Source: a virus
Taxonomy: Duplodnaviria > Caudoviricetes
DNA: 64,000 nucleotides
Direction: 5' to 3' (one strand)
Virus record (IMG/VR): IMGVR_UViG_3300013137_001132
Span: 650-64,649 of that record
Numbering within the stretch: the stretch's first letter is position 1; every line of letters begins with the position of its first letter. Below the pieces are notes generated by a model that had not been told where the DNA came from, made no database searches, and saw only the letters and a program-made list of their open reading frames with translations. Both the position numbers and the translations under genes were made by a program. This document shows, piece by piece, positions 20,701 to 31,691 of this stretch.

Positions 20701-23479
20701 AGTCGTCCCATGTCTTGACGTTGAAAAGTAGGTCTTCAGCGGGTTCCGTGGCTACTTCCTTCGCCATAGAGCCGCCACGCCTAACAGCGTGGTTCGCGTC
20801 AAGTAGCATCTTGCGGTTGGGAACCGTGAGTTTCGCAACTTCAGGGTCTACGCCATTCTTGATAAGGTGGTCTACGATAAGCGCGTCGCGCTTCACTACA
20901 TCGTCAAAGATAAGAGACGAGTAGTTGGACGTAAGTCTTGCATCGAGAGCGGGCCATGCGTCATAAAGACCGGCCTGGAAAAGCTCATCCTTTAGCTTAT
21001 CGGCGTCGTCAAAGAAGTTGCGGAATCCACGGTCGATGTCGTGCAAAAGCCCCCACACGCCAGAGAAACCAGCTTCCTTGCCGTACTTCGCGTCATTCAG
21101 CACCATCTCGTCGCGCTTGATGATGTCCCTGAAAAGGTTGGCGTGCGTTTCACTGGTTTTCAGTGCGGCATCGGTTCTAAACTTCTCGATGCCCCTTGCA
21201 ATGTCTCCGGCCTCGTCAATGTACTTGTCGATGATCGTCTGCGCGCCCTGGATGAACTCGGCGTCTCCCTGCGAAAGCCCATCTATCGAGAGGCGTATCT
21301 TTCCAGGCTTCATAATCTTATCTACGAACTCATCCATGCTCCAAGAGGTATTCCAGGCGTTCTTGAGCGCCTTGATACCATCTGGGCCGATAACCCTGGC
21401 GAGGTCATCACTGATTGCGGGCATAGACTCTTGAAGAAGCCAATGCATAGCCCTGGAAAGTCCAGCGGAAGTAGCAGCCTTGCGCGCAATCCCCTCTACT
21501 GATTCGGCCGCACGAGAAATACGCAAGTTCCCTGGACGCTCTGTGAGCTTGCTGGTTAGGCGCTCTGCCTTAGAAAGGAATCCGCTTGTCTTCGGATTCT
21601 TAGCAGTTCCCTTCTGCATACCCGCTTCGATGACTTTGCCGACGCCCTTCGTTTTTCCGCCGTGAACGGCAAGGGCTTGCTCTGCGATGGCGGGTTTCCA
21701 CCCGAATCGCTTGAAAGCTGTTTCTGGATCGTTAAGCCATCCGGTAAGTCCTGTGGCGGGAAACATGACAACATCGTTCATTGTGTTGCTATAGACATAC
21801 ATGGGGCTATCCGAAAGAAACAGGGCGTTCGATACGTTCTTGGAAATGTTACGCATCTGGGCAAGCGAAGATGGCGTCTTCACCCCATAGAGTTTTGCGC
21901 CCTCTTCCGACATGGCCCCGCCCATCTTTAGGACAAGGTTAGCCCCAAAGTGCTCGTCGTTGAACGGAATGTCCTTGACCTTCTGGAATGCCTTGAACAG
22001 TTCAGGCGTGGGCCACTTGGTAACATCATTCCGATTCGCTTCAATGAACTTCGCCAGAGAAGCCTCATCGACCGCGCCAATGCCACGTTTGATTTCTTCC
22101 CAAATGGGTTTGGCGGCGCTGTACAACTTGAACTCATTGTCCGGGAGTTGGGCGGCAGTTTGCATCATAATGTGAGCGCGCTGGCCCGCGAGGGTTTTGC
22201 CAATCTTCGTCTTGCCCAGCTTAGTCTGTCCAAGCAGGTCTGGATTGATGATACCCTTCATAAACCCGACGAGTTCTTCGGGCTTCTTGTTCATAGAAGC
22301 CGCGACTCCAAGCACGTCAATCGCGTCACGAGTGGATTCAATGGCCCTAGAATCTGCGTTCAACTTAGGAAGATTGCCGAACCACGCCGGGAGTCCGGAT
22401 TTCAGCGGTTTCATGCCAAGTTCTTCCGCGGTGTGTACCCCTGCCCCCTTCGGAGCGCCAGACCATGCACGCAGAAGCCAGTTCATTTCCTCGGTGGGCT
22501 TAGTAGCCTTCGCAAGAGTAAGTCCCTCTCGGAACCCACCCTCGGAGCCGAGAAATCCGCCCATCGTCTTCAGGTCCATAGCCTTACCGGCCGCAGCGCG
22601 CGCTCCGACACTCAAAAGCGGAGCAAAGTTCGTGATGTCTGTAAAGACTTCTCCCGCCGTCTTAACACCTTCAGGAAGGTCATATCGAGCAGTAGTACCT
22701 TCCTTGAATACTTTACCGAACTGCTTTAGTAGGTTTGTACTCCCCGTAGATTTAGCCAGTTCCTGCCCTACTGGATTGTTAGCGCGAACCATTTGCCCGA
22801 TAGAGCGCCCCATAAGTCCCAACCCTCCCACAAGCGGTTTCGCAATGGATGGGATGATGTTTGCAGCGCCAGTGGCATAAGTAGGGGCGCTCGGAAGACC
22901 CATAGAATTAGCGGGTTCGTGAAATTGCCAATCACTCTTGTTGTACTTCTCAAGCCACGGATCGAATGTCTCTTTCTTGAAAGTTGGAGAGAAGCGCGAC
23001 AGCGCGGGGGCAACGCCGACGAGGGGGTTGGTAAGACTCTCATTGAGCGCTGTGATGCCCTTGATAAACTCGTCAAGTGGAGTGGCAACCGCACGCGCCA
23101 CAAAGGCCGGAATACCCTTCGCCTTACCAGACATGATCCTGGGGAACAGATCGCGCGGGCGGTTCTCTTTCAGATAATTGTAGGCCGCGAGGGGTCTGCC
23201 AGCGAAGTTGTTTCCGCCCATCAACTGTTTAGATGGTTCTTGGGGAGTTTCTATACGTTGTGGAGGCGCGACCTGGCGCCGTGCCTCTTCCTGATTACCG
23301 GCGCGTTCCACCGACTCAAGCCGTTTACGACCCATCTCTTCGTTAAACGCATTGAGACGATTCTTCGAGCTTACTTGTCGATTAAACGCATTGAGGTCTA
23401 CAGACACTACCAGCCCCCACCCGTAGCCTGATTCGTGTTGTTGTATCCAGCCTGTCGATCCCAGTAACTTGCCTTCCAA
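17711..23479 (-). CDS. Large internal virion/DNA ejection protein (real start probably GTG 23407)
   Basis: ~1900 aa helical protein between portal and scaffold. Confidence 0.6.
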   Translation of the reverse strand: MEGKLLGSTGWIQQHESGYGWGLVVSVDLNAFNRQVSSKNRLNAFNEEMGRKRLESVERAGNQEEARRQVAPPQRIETPQEPSKQLMGGNNFAGRPLAAYNYLKENRPRDLFPRIMSGKAKGIPAFVARAVATPLDEFIKGITALNESLTNPLVGVAPALSRFSPTFKKETFDPWLEKYNKSDWQFHEPANSMGLPSAPTYATGAANIIPSIAKPLVGGLGLMGRSIGQMVRANNPVGQELAKSTGSTNLLKQFGKVFKEGTTARYDLPEGVKTAGEVFTDITNFAPLLSVGARAAAGKAMDLKTMGGFLGSEGGFREGLTLAKATKPTEEMNWLLRAWSGAPKGAGVHTAEELGMKPLKSGLPAWFGNLPKLNADSRAIESTRDAIDVLGVAASMNKKPEELVGFMKGIINPDLLGQTKLGKTKIGKTLAGQRAHIMMQTAAQLPDNEFKLYSAAKPIWEEIKRGIGAVDEASLAKFIEANRNDVTKWPTPELFKAFQKVKDIPFNDEHFGANLVLKMGGAMSEEGAKLYGVKTPSSLAQMRNISKNVSNALFLSDSPMYVYSNTMNDVVMFPATGLTGWLNDPETAFKRFGWKPAIAEQALAVHGGKTKGVGKVIEAGMQKGTAKNPKTSGFLSKAERLTSKLTERPGNLRISRAAESVEGIARKAATSAGLSRAMHWLLQESMPAISDDLARVIGPDGIKALKNAWNTSWSMDEFVDKIMKPGKIRLSIDGLSQGDAEFIQGAQTIIDKYIDEAGDIARGIEKFRTDAALKTSETHANLFRDIIKRDEMVLNDAKYGKEAGFSGVWGLLHDIDRGFRNFFDDADKLKDELFQAGLYDAWPALDARLTSNYSSLIFDDVVKRDALIVDHLIKNGVDPEVAKLTVPNRKMLLDANHAVRRGGSMAKEVATEPAEDLLFNVKTWDDYNKLYYGEIGRANTTLAEAMYGKSPAAAELAKQINAITQKAAAADWQAKLDLVNTIKKLMKDKVPDLNQQRTIAYTKFNKFRSDLWEQALRDKTRALGGFVNSGTAFTPPARSAQDAFSELARLRKDPDGIVTRSVLGKRLKNPNFDMNDPKTIAKIEKMIGEVNKPNKKVLAQLGESGVLPSEASIANSSVAPKNAASLMGQVTPQADDLYTRAESLVRGMKEVGASDLQRELGVGASDINRVMKRLENNGIVGPAEADGKRAVFYGPAAAPPTRPITMDFTLPTIDRASIERNNMETLNRVLEQAMVQGQYKFNGLQPDQMNLLLDWIKNEASPAMFDIKIGATKLAEFWGNQALLDYTRRHGFNDVLSYVYPYEFWYTTSMANWARKFISKPNYLQYIVQAQRAIRAVNDDPGYPSRLKGKTNLGHWLPFLPDWAGDVSVDLMKLVGLPFSAWLVPLQNIEYGSQREQAQKNLDEAIAKGENPEKIDELQKALDIAPNEEVGDSLAIMSSMSPVFSAGMALLGGSPVDKLWSGGRLIRQVSTALGHPIDIEGAVRSKMPDWMQQVFPVKGQFDTYRVERMVRNMANDGTLTPEEAERALNEHNGRAWDLAVQRAGQEELSGAYQMSLYPAGEKNSRALSGGLGALYEAAKKNAGDVPFAQYKPEDQAAISKWYDDHPEYRINQQLFQLPGERWKGSASQKIWDLPELTRSQLWKQYPEEMERLRTKQQSYEDVARLAEAAGIKLFDIPQPVSGEKPVPFVGQPPHEKAQPLTGATPEQSTLYDEFKKYMAKKYGEDMGTRIYDRTRFGLPPDATMKKYQLEQGSFYGKHPEIARLVNEPDSRLTPNQQEAVYEFDKVVSQLPGDLWKSRDEYYRTRDMLGDIAADAVLKKHPEIEMYWELKDKFELMRPDIVQAKRSLDTYDAYQEAYDKHIQEAKLKFGRDIYDKQSEYYKIPEANKAKRDAYVVSHPELKAYWTWQRAWKAENPAVVNRNK

Positions 23480-24258
23480 TCGTTCTCAGACGGCGGCCGG
23501 CCATACATACGTTGGAATCTTTCGCCCCATTGTCTGTCCTGGTCTGCTTGGAAAAGCGCCTCTCCAACCGAGTCTGGCGCGCCTGGATTGTTGCCGCTCA
23601 TGTACTGTGTGATTGGATCGTTGCCCTGGTGCTTCTGTTGGAATGCACTCACCCAAGAAGGATCAACTCCCCTTGATGCATAGTAGTTGATATAGGGGTT
23701 CGACCAGGGAGAGCTACCGCTAGAGTCGGTGCTAGATGCGTTACCACTAGCAGGGCCATAGGCATCTCGGTAGGCTTGGATGATGGTGTCCCGATTGGGC
23801 TGTTCATTAACCCACGCCATCCACTCCTCGAAAGTGGCCTGTGGGTCGATCCCAGGTTTTTCCTTGTTGTTGGGATCATACGCCTTCTGCCCCCATCCAA
23901 ATATCTGGCGCAACTCCGCATCTTGACTAGAAGTCTGCGGAGTAGCGTCTGGTTTCTGCGAAGGCGCATTCTGGCTTTCGGGTGTGCCCCACGGATTCTG
24001 CGATTCTGATGGAGAGAAGATAGAACGGTCATTGGCCGTTTCTGTGTAAGGAGTAAATGTACTTACCGGCATGTTCTCAAGCGTCCTACCGGCAGCAAGC
24101 GGATTCAACGTGGCCCCACTTTTCCACGGCGTAAACGGAGTCGGGCTAGGAGTTCTAGTTGGGAACGGCGTCGGCGTGTTGGTTGGCGCCGGCGTTGGCG
24201 TGTTGGCAGTCTGCCAATATGGTTTATACTGTTCTACCCAAACGTTTCGATTAGGCAT
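23407..24258 (-). CDS. Low-complexity internal virion protein
   Basis: Pro/Thr/Ser/Gln-rich ORF, coupled to its neighbours. Confidence 0.5.
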   Translation of the reverse strand: MPNRNVWVEQYKPYWQTANTPTPAPTNTPTPFPTRTPSPTPFTPWKSGATLNPLAAGRTLENMPVSTFTPYTETANDRSIFSPSESQNPWGTPESQNAPSQKPDATPQTSSQDAELRQIFGWGQKAYDPNNKEKPGIDPQATFEEWMAWVNEQPNRDTIIQAYRDAYGPASGNASSTDSSGSSPWSNPYINYYASRGVDPSWVSAFQQKHQGNDPITQYMSGNNPGAPDSVGEALFQADQDRQWGERFQRMYGRPPSENDWKASYWDRQAGYNNTNQATGGGW

Positions 24259-24261
24259 CTA

Positions 24262-25227
24262 TCACCCCCACGGATTCGCCTGACTGTAGCCACGTTGCGT
24301 GGTTCCACTCAGCGCGCCCATAGAGCCAGTCGGGGCAATGAACTTAGCCGTGTTGTAACTCGGAGTCACAAGCAACTTCAGGATGTCGGAGTATTCTTTG
24401 GGAAGCATACCAGACATGGTTCCGATAGAGTCATAGTAAGCCGTTCGGCCGCGGCGACTCATATTGCCCTGCCCATAAGAAGCAAGCAACTGTCCAATCA
24501 GGTTGTCAATCTGGCGTCCCTCTTGATTCCACTCGCCCTCGCCGACGGGTTGACCGGCAGCGTTAGTCCCACCCTCTTGCGTGTAGTAGTTCGTGTTGGC
24601 CCGTCTGATAGCTTCTAGTCGTGCTCGTGTGTCGTACTGCGGGATGTTCTCTTGCCACTGGCCCACGCCAAACTGGGTGCCCATATCCGCAAGGCGATTC
24701 AGATATTGCCGCTGCTCTTCCGGCAAATCCAAGAAGTCAGGACTGTTCTGAAGCGTGGTAATCGCAGACATCCGGTCTTTGGGCAGCAGATACGGAAGCA
24801 TCTGGTGAACCCAGTTCATGTAGCCCAACTGCGCCCTTGCCGTATCGTCCATCTCCGTATCGGGATTCGCAAACCGGAAGTTGGGGTCGTACCCCATCGC
24901 GCCCCATCCGCCCTGCGGAGTCCAATTTCCTTGCGTGCGCGGGTCGTAGTTACCAGTCTCCCAGGGAGAATTAACCGTAGCAGTTCCAATAGGAGTCGGT
25001 TTGGGCGTCTGTCCTGGACGCCAGTCGCCGGGATTCGTTCCGGGCGTCGGCTCACCTTCCCCCCACGTGTTATTACTACCCCACGGACTAACCGTAGCAG
25101 TTCCAATAGGAGTCGGCTTGGGGTTCTGCCCAGGTCTCCAATCACCAGGATTTGTACCTGGTATCGGTTCGCCTTCGCCCCATCCCGGCTTCATCCATCC
25201 ACCACTACCACCATTCCATCTAGGCAT
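24262..25227 (-). CDS. Internal virion protein with a duplicated Gly/Pro/Trp segment
   Basis: WGEGEP.PGTNPGDWRPGQ.PKPTPIGTATV occurs twice. Confidence 0.55.
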   Translation of the reverse strand: MPRWNGGSGGWMKPGWGEGEPIPGTNPGDWRPGQNPKPTPIGTATVSPWGSNNTWGEGEPTPGTNPGDWRPGQTPKPTPIGTATVNSPWETGNYDPRTQGNWTPQGGWGAMGYDPNFRFANPDTEMDDTARAQLGYMNWVHQMLPYLLPKDRMSAITTLQNSPDFLDLPEEQRQYLNRLADMGTQFGVGQWQENIPQYDTRARLEAIRRANTNYYTQEGGTNAAGQPVGEGEWNQEGRQIDNLIGQLLASYGQGNMSRRGRTAYYDSIGTMSGMLPKEYSDILKLLVTPSYNTAKFIAPTGSMGALSGTTQRGYSQANPWG

Positions 25228-25430
25228 AACATTTCTCCTTTGTGTCTTATACTCATTGGAGAGTTGTTCTTACTCGCTCCATCTCGAACTACTGAACCAC
25301 GCCCTATTTGTACTGCCACGGCGTATACTTATTAGGCGCTGGCTTATTTGCCCTTGCCTGTTTATCCAATAACCTTTGCCATATATCGCCGGCCTTAGAA
25401 AAAGCCGCAAGCCATTGATCTCCCCACATA

Positions 25431-27299
25431 TTAGAACCTCCGTGCGCCCTGAAGCGCCCTCAATAAATCGGGCGGGAGCATGTTACTCGGCGGTTCCTGC
25501 CCGAACGTCTGCGGCGGCCCCTGCCCCGCCATATCAGGCGGCATCACAGCAGCAGGAAGCATGGGGGCTTGCGGGGGCATCGGTTGCGGTCTCTTACCAG
25601 CCATCGCCTGCTCTGCCATGTTCTGCTGCATGGTCTGTGGCTGCATTGGAATGGACTCCCCCGACCACTGCTGAAGCGCCTCGGCCATCTTCATCTTCAT
25701 CAACTCTGGGTTCTCAAGGGCCATCTCAACCAACTGGCGCTCCCGTTCATCGTCAGGATGATCCACATTGAGATACCTCTGCTGAATCGTATTGGTAGAG
25801 AGAAGCTTCTGTGCCTTGATCTGCGTAGCCATCGCCACATCACGGCTTTCATCCTGCGGGAAGCGTGGTTTGATCTGCACGTCTACGCGGAATCCAGCTA
25901 CCTTGTCCCCGGTCGTGGAGAACATATAGGGATCGGCCCCCTCGCGCCCATATACCGGAATCTCTACCCCACGTCCAAATGTCTCGACAAGGTGCAGAAT
26001 CTTCCTGAACACGGTCTGCCAGCCACGTTCCTGCGAACGTTGGAACTGATACAACCGAGTCCTACCGCTCTCGCTCAACAGACTCACCGCGTATCCAGAC
26101 GAAGAACTCGCCGCCTGTCCGTAAGAGACTTGCGGGAAAGACCCCTCTTGAATCAACTCCTCGGTTGCCTGCATGAAGTTCTTTACATCAGGCGGAGTTC
26201 CGGGCCACTGAGGGAAATAAATCTTCGTCCCCTCGACTACAGGAACCGCCTTGCCATAAACCAAATCAATCTCAGGCGGTTCCTGTCCGACTGGATGCTC
26301 TACGATCATGGGCATAGCATTGAAAATCTCAATGATGCGCCGATAATGCGTCAACTGTTTCGCCAGGTCTTTGATCGCATCTTCTGTGGGATGCAGGATG
26401 GAAAGGCTATGTTCCTCTGGCTTGGTAGAAGTCGTGAGTCTTCCCGGAAAGACCGTAAATGGAATGTCATCATACCCCTCAACGATCTTCGGTTCGACAA
26501 CCCACTCATTCCCCGCTAGAATAGCGTTCTGAATCTTCCAACTGCGCTTCTTGGGAAGGCCAGGAACTACCTCTTCTGGAATCTGCACGTGGATGAAATC
26601 TGGCACTTCGGTCTCTTCGACCTGCACCCATCCCCAGTAGTCGTAGTATTCAATCTCGATCTTGTCTTTTTCGGTCTGGTTCTTGTAGTCCTGAAGCTCG
26701 ATGTCCCACTCGTCTTCAATGTCTTCTACGGTACGCGTGTCGTGGTAGATAACCCACTTGAACCTGCCCCTGTCCCCACCTTCCTGGTACCAGATGTTAC
26801 TCAGGGGAATCAAGTCCATCTCGATAGGAAGCTCGTCGTAAGACCTGGACGGTGTGCCAAGCTCAGATGTTCCCTCGTTGTATTCAGCGTCGTCGTCCCA
26901 CACAGCCCGAATACACGCCCCGCCTAGAAGCTGGTCGAACGTCACCTCGTTCACAATATCAGTTTCGTGGCGCTCGTCGTTCATGTACACGACCGCTTTT
27001 AACAACTTCTCGGTGGCCGTTGAATCCGCTTCGTCTTGTTTATCATCATGTATCCGATACGCGCGGATAGACATGGGATTAGAGGTCAGAATGCCAGTGG
27101 CTAAGTCGATTACATTGCAGGCTTTGTTTACCACTACAGGCACCTCCCCAACCTTGAGGGGAAGCGCGCGGAAGTAATTCAGAAAATAAAGGTCGCGCAG
27201 CCGCGCCATAATCGCATCGCGGGGCGCGAACTTACCCCGCGCATCCTGGACGTAGCGCAGCAGCTTCTTCTTGGCAAGATCAGTTTCTTGTGGGAGCAT
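25431..27299 (-). CDS. Portal protein
   Basis: 622 aa downstream of the terminase; VVVNKA, IPFTVFP, SSSGYAVSLL, Pro/Gln/Met-rich tail. Confidence 0.8.
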   Translation of the reverse strand: MLPQETDLAKKKLLRYVQDARGKFAPRDAIMARLRDLYFLNYFRALPLKVGEVPVVVNKACNVIDLATGILTSNPMSIRAYRIHDDKQDEADSTATEKLLKAVVYMNDERHETDIVNEVTFDQLLGGACIRAVWDDDAEYNEGTSELGTPSRSYDELPIEMDLIPLSNIWYQEGGDRGRFKWVIYHDTRTVEDIEDEWDIELQDYKNQTEKDKIEIEYYDYWGWVQVEETEVPDFIHVQIPEEVVPGLPKKRSWKIQNAILAGNEWVVEPKIVEGYDDIPFTVFPGRLTTSTKPEEHSLSILHPTEDAIKDLAKQLTHYRRIIEIFNAMPMIVEHPVGQEPPEIDLVYGKAVPVVEGTKIYFPQWPGTPPDVKNFMQATEELIQEGSFPQVSYGQAASSSSGYAVSLLSESGRTRLYQFQRSQERGWQTVFRKILHLVETFGRGVEIPVYGREGADPYMFSTTGDKVAGFRVDVQIKPRFPQDESRDVAMATQIKAQKLLSTNTIQQRYLNVDHPDDERERQLVEMALENPELMKMKMAEALQQWSGESIPMQPQTMQQNMAEQAMAGKRPQPMPPQAPMLPAAVMPPDMAGQGPPQTFGQEPPSNMLPPDLLRALQGARRF

Positions 27300-27607
27300 G
27301 TAACCTCTAGTTTTCTGGTGCGCCGCAGCGCGGGCAGTTGTCGTGTCCTTCTACGTTAGAGCCGCAGTACAAACACTTGCGACGATAGGGAGTATCGTCA
27401 TCGTAAGCGCGGGGAAATGGAAACGATCCATTGCCCCTAGCGGAGAACCAATTAAAAGCAGTTCCACCAATATAGGATTGATGCCATCTAGTGTCTTCGG
27501 CGCGCTCTTCCTGTCCATAAGTCGCTAAATGCGGCTCGTCTTTTTCAACTACATATGGTCTTGGATTTACATGTGCAACGTCATTCCCAAAGTCGTCAGG
27601 AAGGGCG

Positions 27608-28058
27608 TCACGAAACAGTTTCTTGAGATTCATCGGGTTGTTCCTCCTCGAATCGCTCTCCACACCACGGACAGAACTTAATCTGAGATACAAATTGGCG
27701 TTGTTTTGGCGTGACCTTGTACAGAAGTGCCGCCCCCGCGACTTGCCAAATCTCAAACCGACGGTTGCCACTTAGGGGCATGTGTTCACAGAAATGGTTA
27801 GTAATCTCGTCACTCATAGGGTTGTTCCTCCTATAACTTAACACCACAGAACGGACAGTATGTAATATCGACACGCGACCGATGAACAAGATAGTCTTCT
27901 ATGTAGGAGTCCATGTACCAACCATATTCATAGCGCCAGATGTCAACATCCTCAGCAGCGTCAACGCACTGATGGTATTCCTTTTTTGCAGTGCTCATCT
28001 TTATATCCTCAATGCAGCAGGCAACCATAATTGGTCGATTTGTGGTAATGCAGTCCAA
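27608..28058 (-). CDS. Two small CPxCG zinc-ribbon proteins
   Basis: IKFCPWCG and ITYCPFCG C-termini; repeated leader GGAGGAACAACC. Confidence 0.5.
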
Positions 28059-29476
28059 TCTGAAAAAGGAGAAGATAGAAGTAACCCATCACGCTTTGGT
28101 ACCTCACAAGGCCCAAAGTAGTTAAACTCTAAATACGTAATTGCGCGAATTCCGTGATTGAACTCGTCGCGAGGAAGCTCTCGCGAATCCCGGTCTTCCT
28201 TCGGCCTGTTGTACTTGTACAACTGATGCTCTTCGATGGTATTCTTGCACCGCGGAGAGAAGTAAATCCTGGGCCTACCAGACGGCCCCACCTTCAGGAA
28301 AGACCTGTATCGCTCGATACCATCCATGATTCCTACGGGAGTGGATTGTAGGTGAATCTTGGCCTCATGGCCCCAAATCTCTACCTGACTCTCCGCTCCC
28401 GGATGCTGCCTACCAGCTACATCAATGACGCCGCCGACCAATTTCTCCGGGTTCCACCACCATCTCTTCTTGCAAAGCTCGATGACCTCACGCACGCCCT
28501 TGCCCTTCTCATACACTTCATCCATGACATAGATGTTTTCGTCAATCATCTTGCAGGCAAGAACGGCATAGGCCCCCGCGTACCCAGGGTCAACCGCCAG
28601 ATATGTCTCAGAGGTGTGCGGGACGTTGATCTGCACCAATTTCCCGTTGTCCTCGATGAAGTCTACCTCGTGGCCCTTCGGCACAATGGGCACTACATGG
28701 ATTCTTGGGTCAAACTCTCTCATCACTAGCGTTGAGGGCGGACTGGGAACGGCTCCAAACCGCTCCATGAACATATCCGAGGGGTACATGCCCTCAAAAC
28801 GCTTGATTTCGGGGTCTTCGCGCCCCCCAGGGTAGACCGTCAGGTTGCACCAGCTCGGAATAGAGAAGCTTTTACCCCCATCGGGGTTCTCAGCCTGCCA
28901 CATATTCCAAACGCGCGGGTACCACATGCCTGCCATCGCTTCAAATGTCCCCGAAGCGACCAATTTAGCCCGCTTTTCAGACGTTCTGCCCAAGATCGTA
29001 AGCCAAGTGTAGTAATCTAGCTGCCCAACTTCACATACGATGATGCCATCGGGCGCTTTTCCAGCGATTTTCAGGGCATCTTCAGCACTTTTCGTCTCAA
29101 CTAACCCAAACGGGAGCGTCATGGAGCACTGGCCGTTCTTCGGAGCACTAATATCACTCCGCTTTATCAGCCCTAACTCCAAAACGTCGCCCATCAGGTA
29201 ATTGAACTCAGGCTTACATAGCTCATACGTAGGCCCGACTATCCACCACAACCCCTGCTTACCCGAATAAACGCGCTTCCCGCCCTGAACTACCGTAGCT
29301 GAATTGCCAAACTCCACAATCCACCACAGCAACTCCTTCTCCGCCATCAGAGACTTGCCCGCACGCCATCCGCCAGAATACATCTTCCAACGTGTCGGAT
29401 CATTATGGGCTATAGACTGCTCGTACCACGGCTTGTAGTGCAGGGCTTCCCATAACCTGTCCCTAACAGAACTCAA
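28001..29476 (-). CDS. terL: Terminase large subunit
   Basis: Walker A GGWRAGKS, WIVGPTY, Walker B IIVCE, nuclease AVDPG, VMDEVY, FNHGIRA. Confidence 0.9.
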   Translation of the reverse strand: MSSVRDRLWEALHYKPWYEQSIAHNDPTRWKMYSGGWRAGKSLMAEKELLWWIVEFGNSATVVQGGKRVYSGKQGLWWIVGPTYELCKPEFNYLMGDVLELGLIKRSDISAPKNGQCSMTLPFGLVETKSAEDALKIAGKAPDGIIVCEVGQLDYYTWLTILGRTSEKRAKLVASGTFEAMAGMWYPRVWNMWQAENPDGGKSFSIPSWCNLTVYPGGREDPEIKRFEGMYPSDMFMERFGAVPSPPSTLVMREFDPRIHVVPIVPKGHEVDFIEDNGKLVQINVPHTSETYLAVDPGYAGAYAVLACKMIDENIYVMDEVYEKGKGVREVIELCKKRWWWNPEKLVGGVIDVAGRQHPGAESQVEIWGHEAKIHLQSTPVGIMDGIERYRSFLKVGPSGRPRIYFSPRCKNTIEEHQLYKYNRPKEDRDSRELPRDEFNHGIRAITYLEFNYFGPCEVPKRDGLLLSSPFSDWTALPQIDQLWLPAALRI

Positions 29477-30779
29477 TAACGCGCCCTCTTCTTCCTCGGC
29501 TTCTCTCTAACAGGCATATCCTCTAACAACGTCCGCTTCGGGTACAACTTACTTTTTGTCATGCCTATGTAGACCACGGACTATTGCCAATACGCGCGGC
29601 CATCGCAACGTCGCGCTTCGCATAATTTAGCGCCCTTATTTTCTCGTAGAATCCAATAACGCGTTTATTGTGATACACACACGCCAGCGCATCTAACGCC
29701 GCATCGCAAAATATACCGATGATATTCTCGCCGTCGTCAAGGCCACCAGACACCATACACTCTAATGCTTTCGTGGTGTAAAAGTTCTTTATACGCGACC
29801 AAGAATGAAACGCTTCGTTCTTTCTTTTCATGTTTCTCATTCTTCAACTACACGACAATACAGGAATCTCGTCCCACCAAAACATAGTGATGTAAAACCT
29901 CATGCCATTATGTTCAGCGACGCGGGGACAGCTCCCCACGGCATCACCTTGACTTTTTCCTCTTCTTTGACTTTGGAATCCCCCCCATTTTCCTCAATTG
30001 CTTCGCAGCAATCGCCCACGCCTCACTCTCGGGCATATTCGGATTGCCCGCCTTGATCTTCCTTACACGATCATGCAGAATCTTCGGCATTGAGAATTCC
30101 CCACATTACTAGCAGATTGTGCACGGCCGCACGCCAACCGAACCGCCCTCGGTTGTACCAGAACATCTCCCACGAAGACATTGGGCCAACGACAGCCCAC
30201 TTATCACCAAGCGGATAGACACCAACAATTTTCATGGGGTTATTCCTTCCTGCACTCAGTTGCCATGCGGTAAAGCTCGTGTATCATTCCCTGTGAGTTG
30301 TCTAAATGCACCGCACGCCGAATCGCTTCGCAAACGGTAAAAAACTGCTCCATATTACCACGCTCTAGTAACCATAACGCTAGTATACACAGGTTGTTGA
30401 CGTATATACAATTGTTGTCGCTTTCCTTGATGTAGTAGGGTAACATAGAGTTGTTCTCCTTGTGCTAATCGAGAATTGTTTTACTAACCAGAAGGGGCCA
30501 CTTGTTACCATAAACAAGCCCTAAACGAGAAATTGTTTAATATCTCGGAAAGGAGGTCAAACAGAGACGTGATAGCAACAAGACAGTGGTGGGGCCGTGG
30601 TAGTAGCGAGACAGTACCGTGTCCACACTATTCTCTATTCTCTCGCTCATCCATCCCACGCGTTCCGAATCTCGCGTCGCCCCTGCCCGCGCCACGCGTC
30701 CACTGCCAGCACCGCGCCATCCCCGCGCCACCGTGCCACTACAACGCATGGCAGCCTCGCCATTGAACGCACGCACGCG

Positions 30780-31406
30780 TTAGGCACTGCCTACCACAAT
30801 GCCATCATCGTCGCTCCTGTCGCCTGCCAGGCGCTCACTCATTGCGTCGAACAGCCGTGCCAGTGCGGGCGCTACCTCCTGGCTGATAACACTATCGTCC
30901 AGCCCATGCATCTTGGCAACGCGCGCACTGGCATCAATCATCAGCCGCCCCTCAACCGTTGCACCCTCGCCACCAGCTAGATACCTCTGCTCCGCAACCT
31001 GCGCTACGCCCAACAGCCGACGCGTCAGTGTGGCTCGCAGCGCATCACTGCTGTAGCTGTGCTTGGCGACCTCTGCCAGATACGCACAATCAGACTGCGC
31101 CGTGACAAGCGGCATCCCCAGCTCGCGCGCTATGGACGTTGGCGACAGACCTTGCAGTAGTAAGTACTCGACTTGGGAGCGACGCGCGGCTGTGTCCAAA
31201 ATCGAAACGTTACCAGGTCTGTGAGAATTGACGTACTTTCCGCGTGTATCATCCAAGTTAACAGACTTAACTACAGCATCATTTATACTCGCGCCGTCAT
31301 CTGTTGCGTCAGACGCAACACTATCATATAGACAATCGTCTATGCGTTCGTCACCCGCGCGCGTCGCGTCGTCAATCCCACACATAACCGATACACTATC
31401 TATCAT
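30780..31406 (-). CDS. Putative terminase small subunit (HTH)
   Basis: GLSPTSIARELGMPLVT HTH and RVAKMHGLD; upstream of terL. Confidence 0.55.
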   Translation of the reverse strand: MIDSVSVMCGIDDATRAGDERIDDCLYDSVASDATDDGASINDAVVKSVNLDDTRGKYVNSHRPGNVSILDTAARRSQVEYLLLQGLSPTSIARELGMPLVTAQSDCAYLAEVAKHSYSSDALRATLTRRLLGVAQVAEQRYLAGGEGATVEGRLMIDASARVAKMHGLDDSVISQEVAPALARLFDAMSERLAGDRSDDDGIVVGSA

Positions 31407-31624
31407 CTATCCTATCCGTTAGCACGTATGTTCTGCCACCAGGAAGCCCTACAACGGGCGTATAGGCGCGCGTCTTGTGATTGTACCTCTATGTGAGATC
31501 GTTCAACCTGGGACTTCCTGTGCGTTGTAGTGGCACGTTCGCACTATTGCGCTTTGCGCCAGGTTGACAATAATGAGATTCGTGCGCCAGGTTGTTAACT
31601 CACACTGTACAATATGTACAAGCT

Positions 31625-31691
31625 ACGTCAGCTAAACGTCAGCTAAACGTCAGCTTCGCGTCAGGTTACTACTCCCACCATGTGATACTAT
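31625..31691 (+). promoter_or_regulatory. 11-bp-period CGTCAG repeats upstream of an extended -10 (early promoter candidate)
   Basis: acgtcagctaa acgtcagctaa acgtcagcttc gcgtcagg, then TG-A-TACTAT. Confidence 0.45.

Noticed and set aside
484-29000. Many plus-strand ORFs overlapping the structural genes
   Set aside because: They are antisense shadows of GC-rich minus-strand genes, with no RBS or recognisable motifs.
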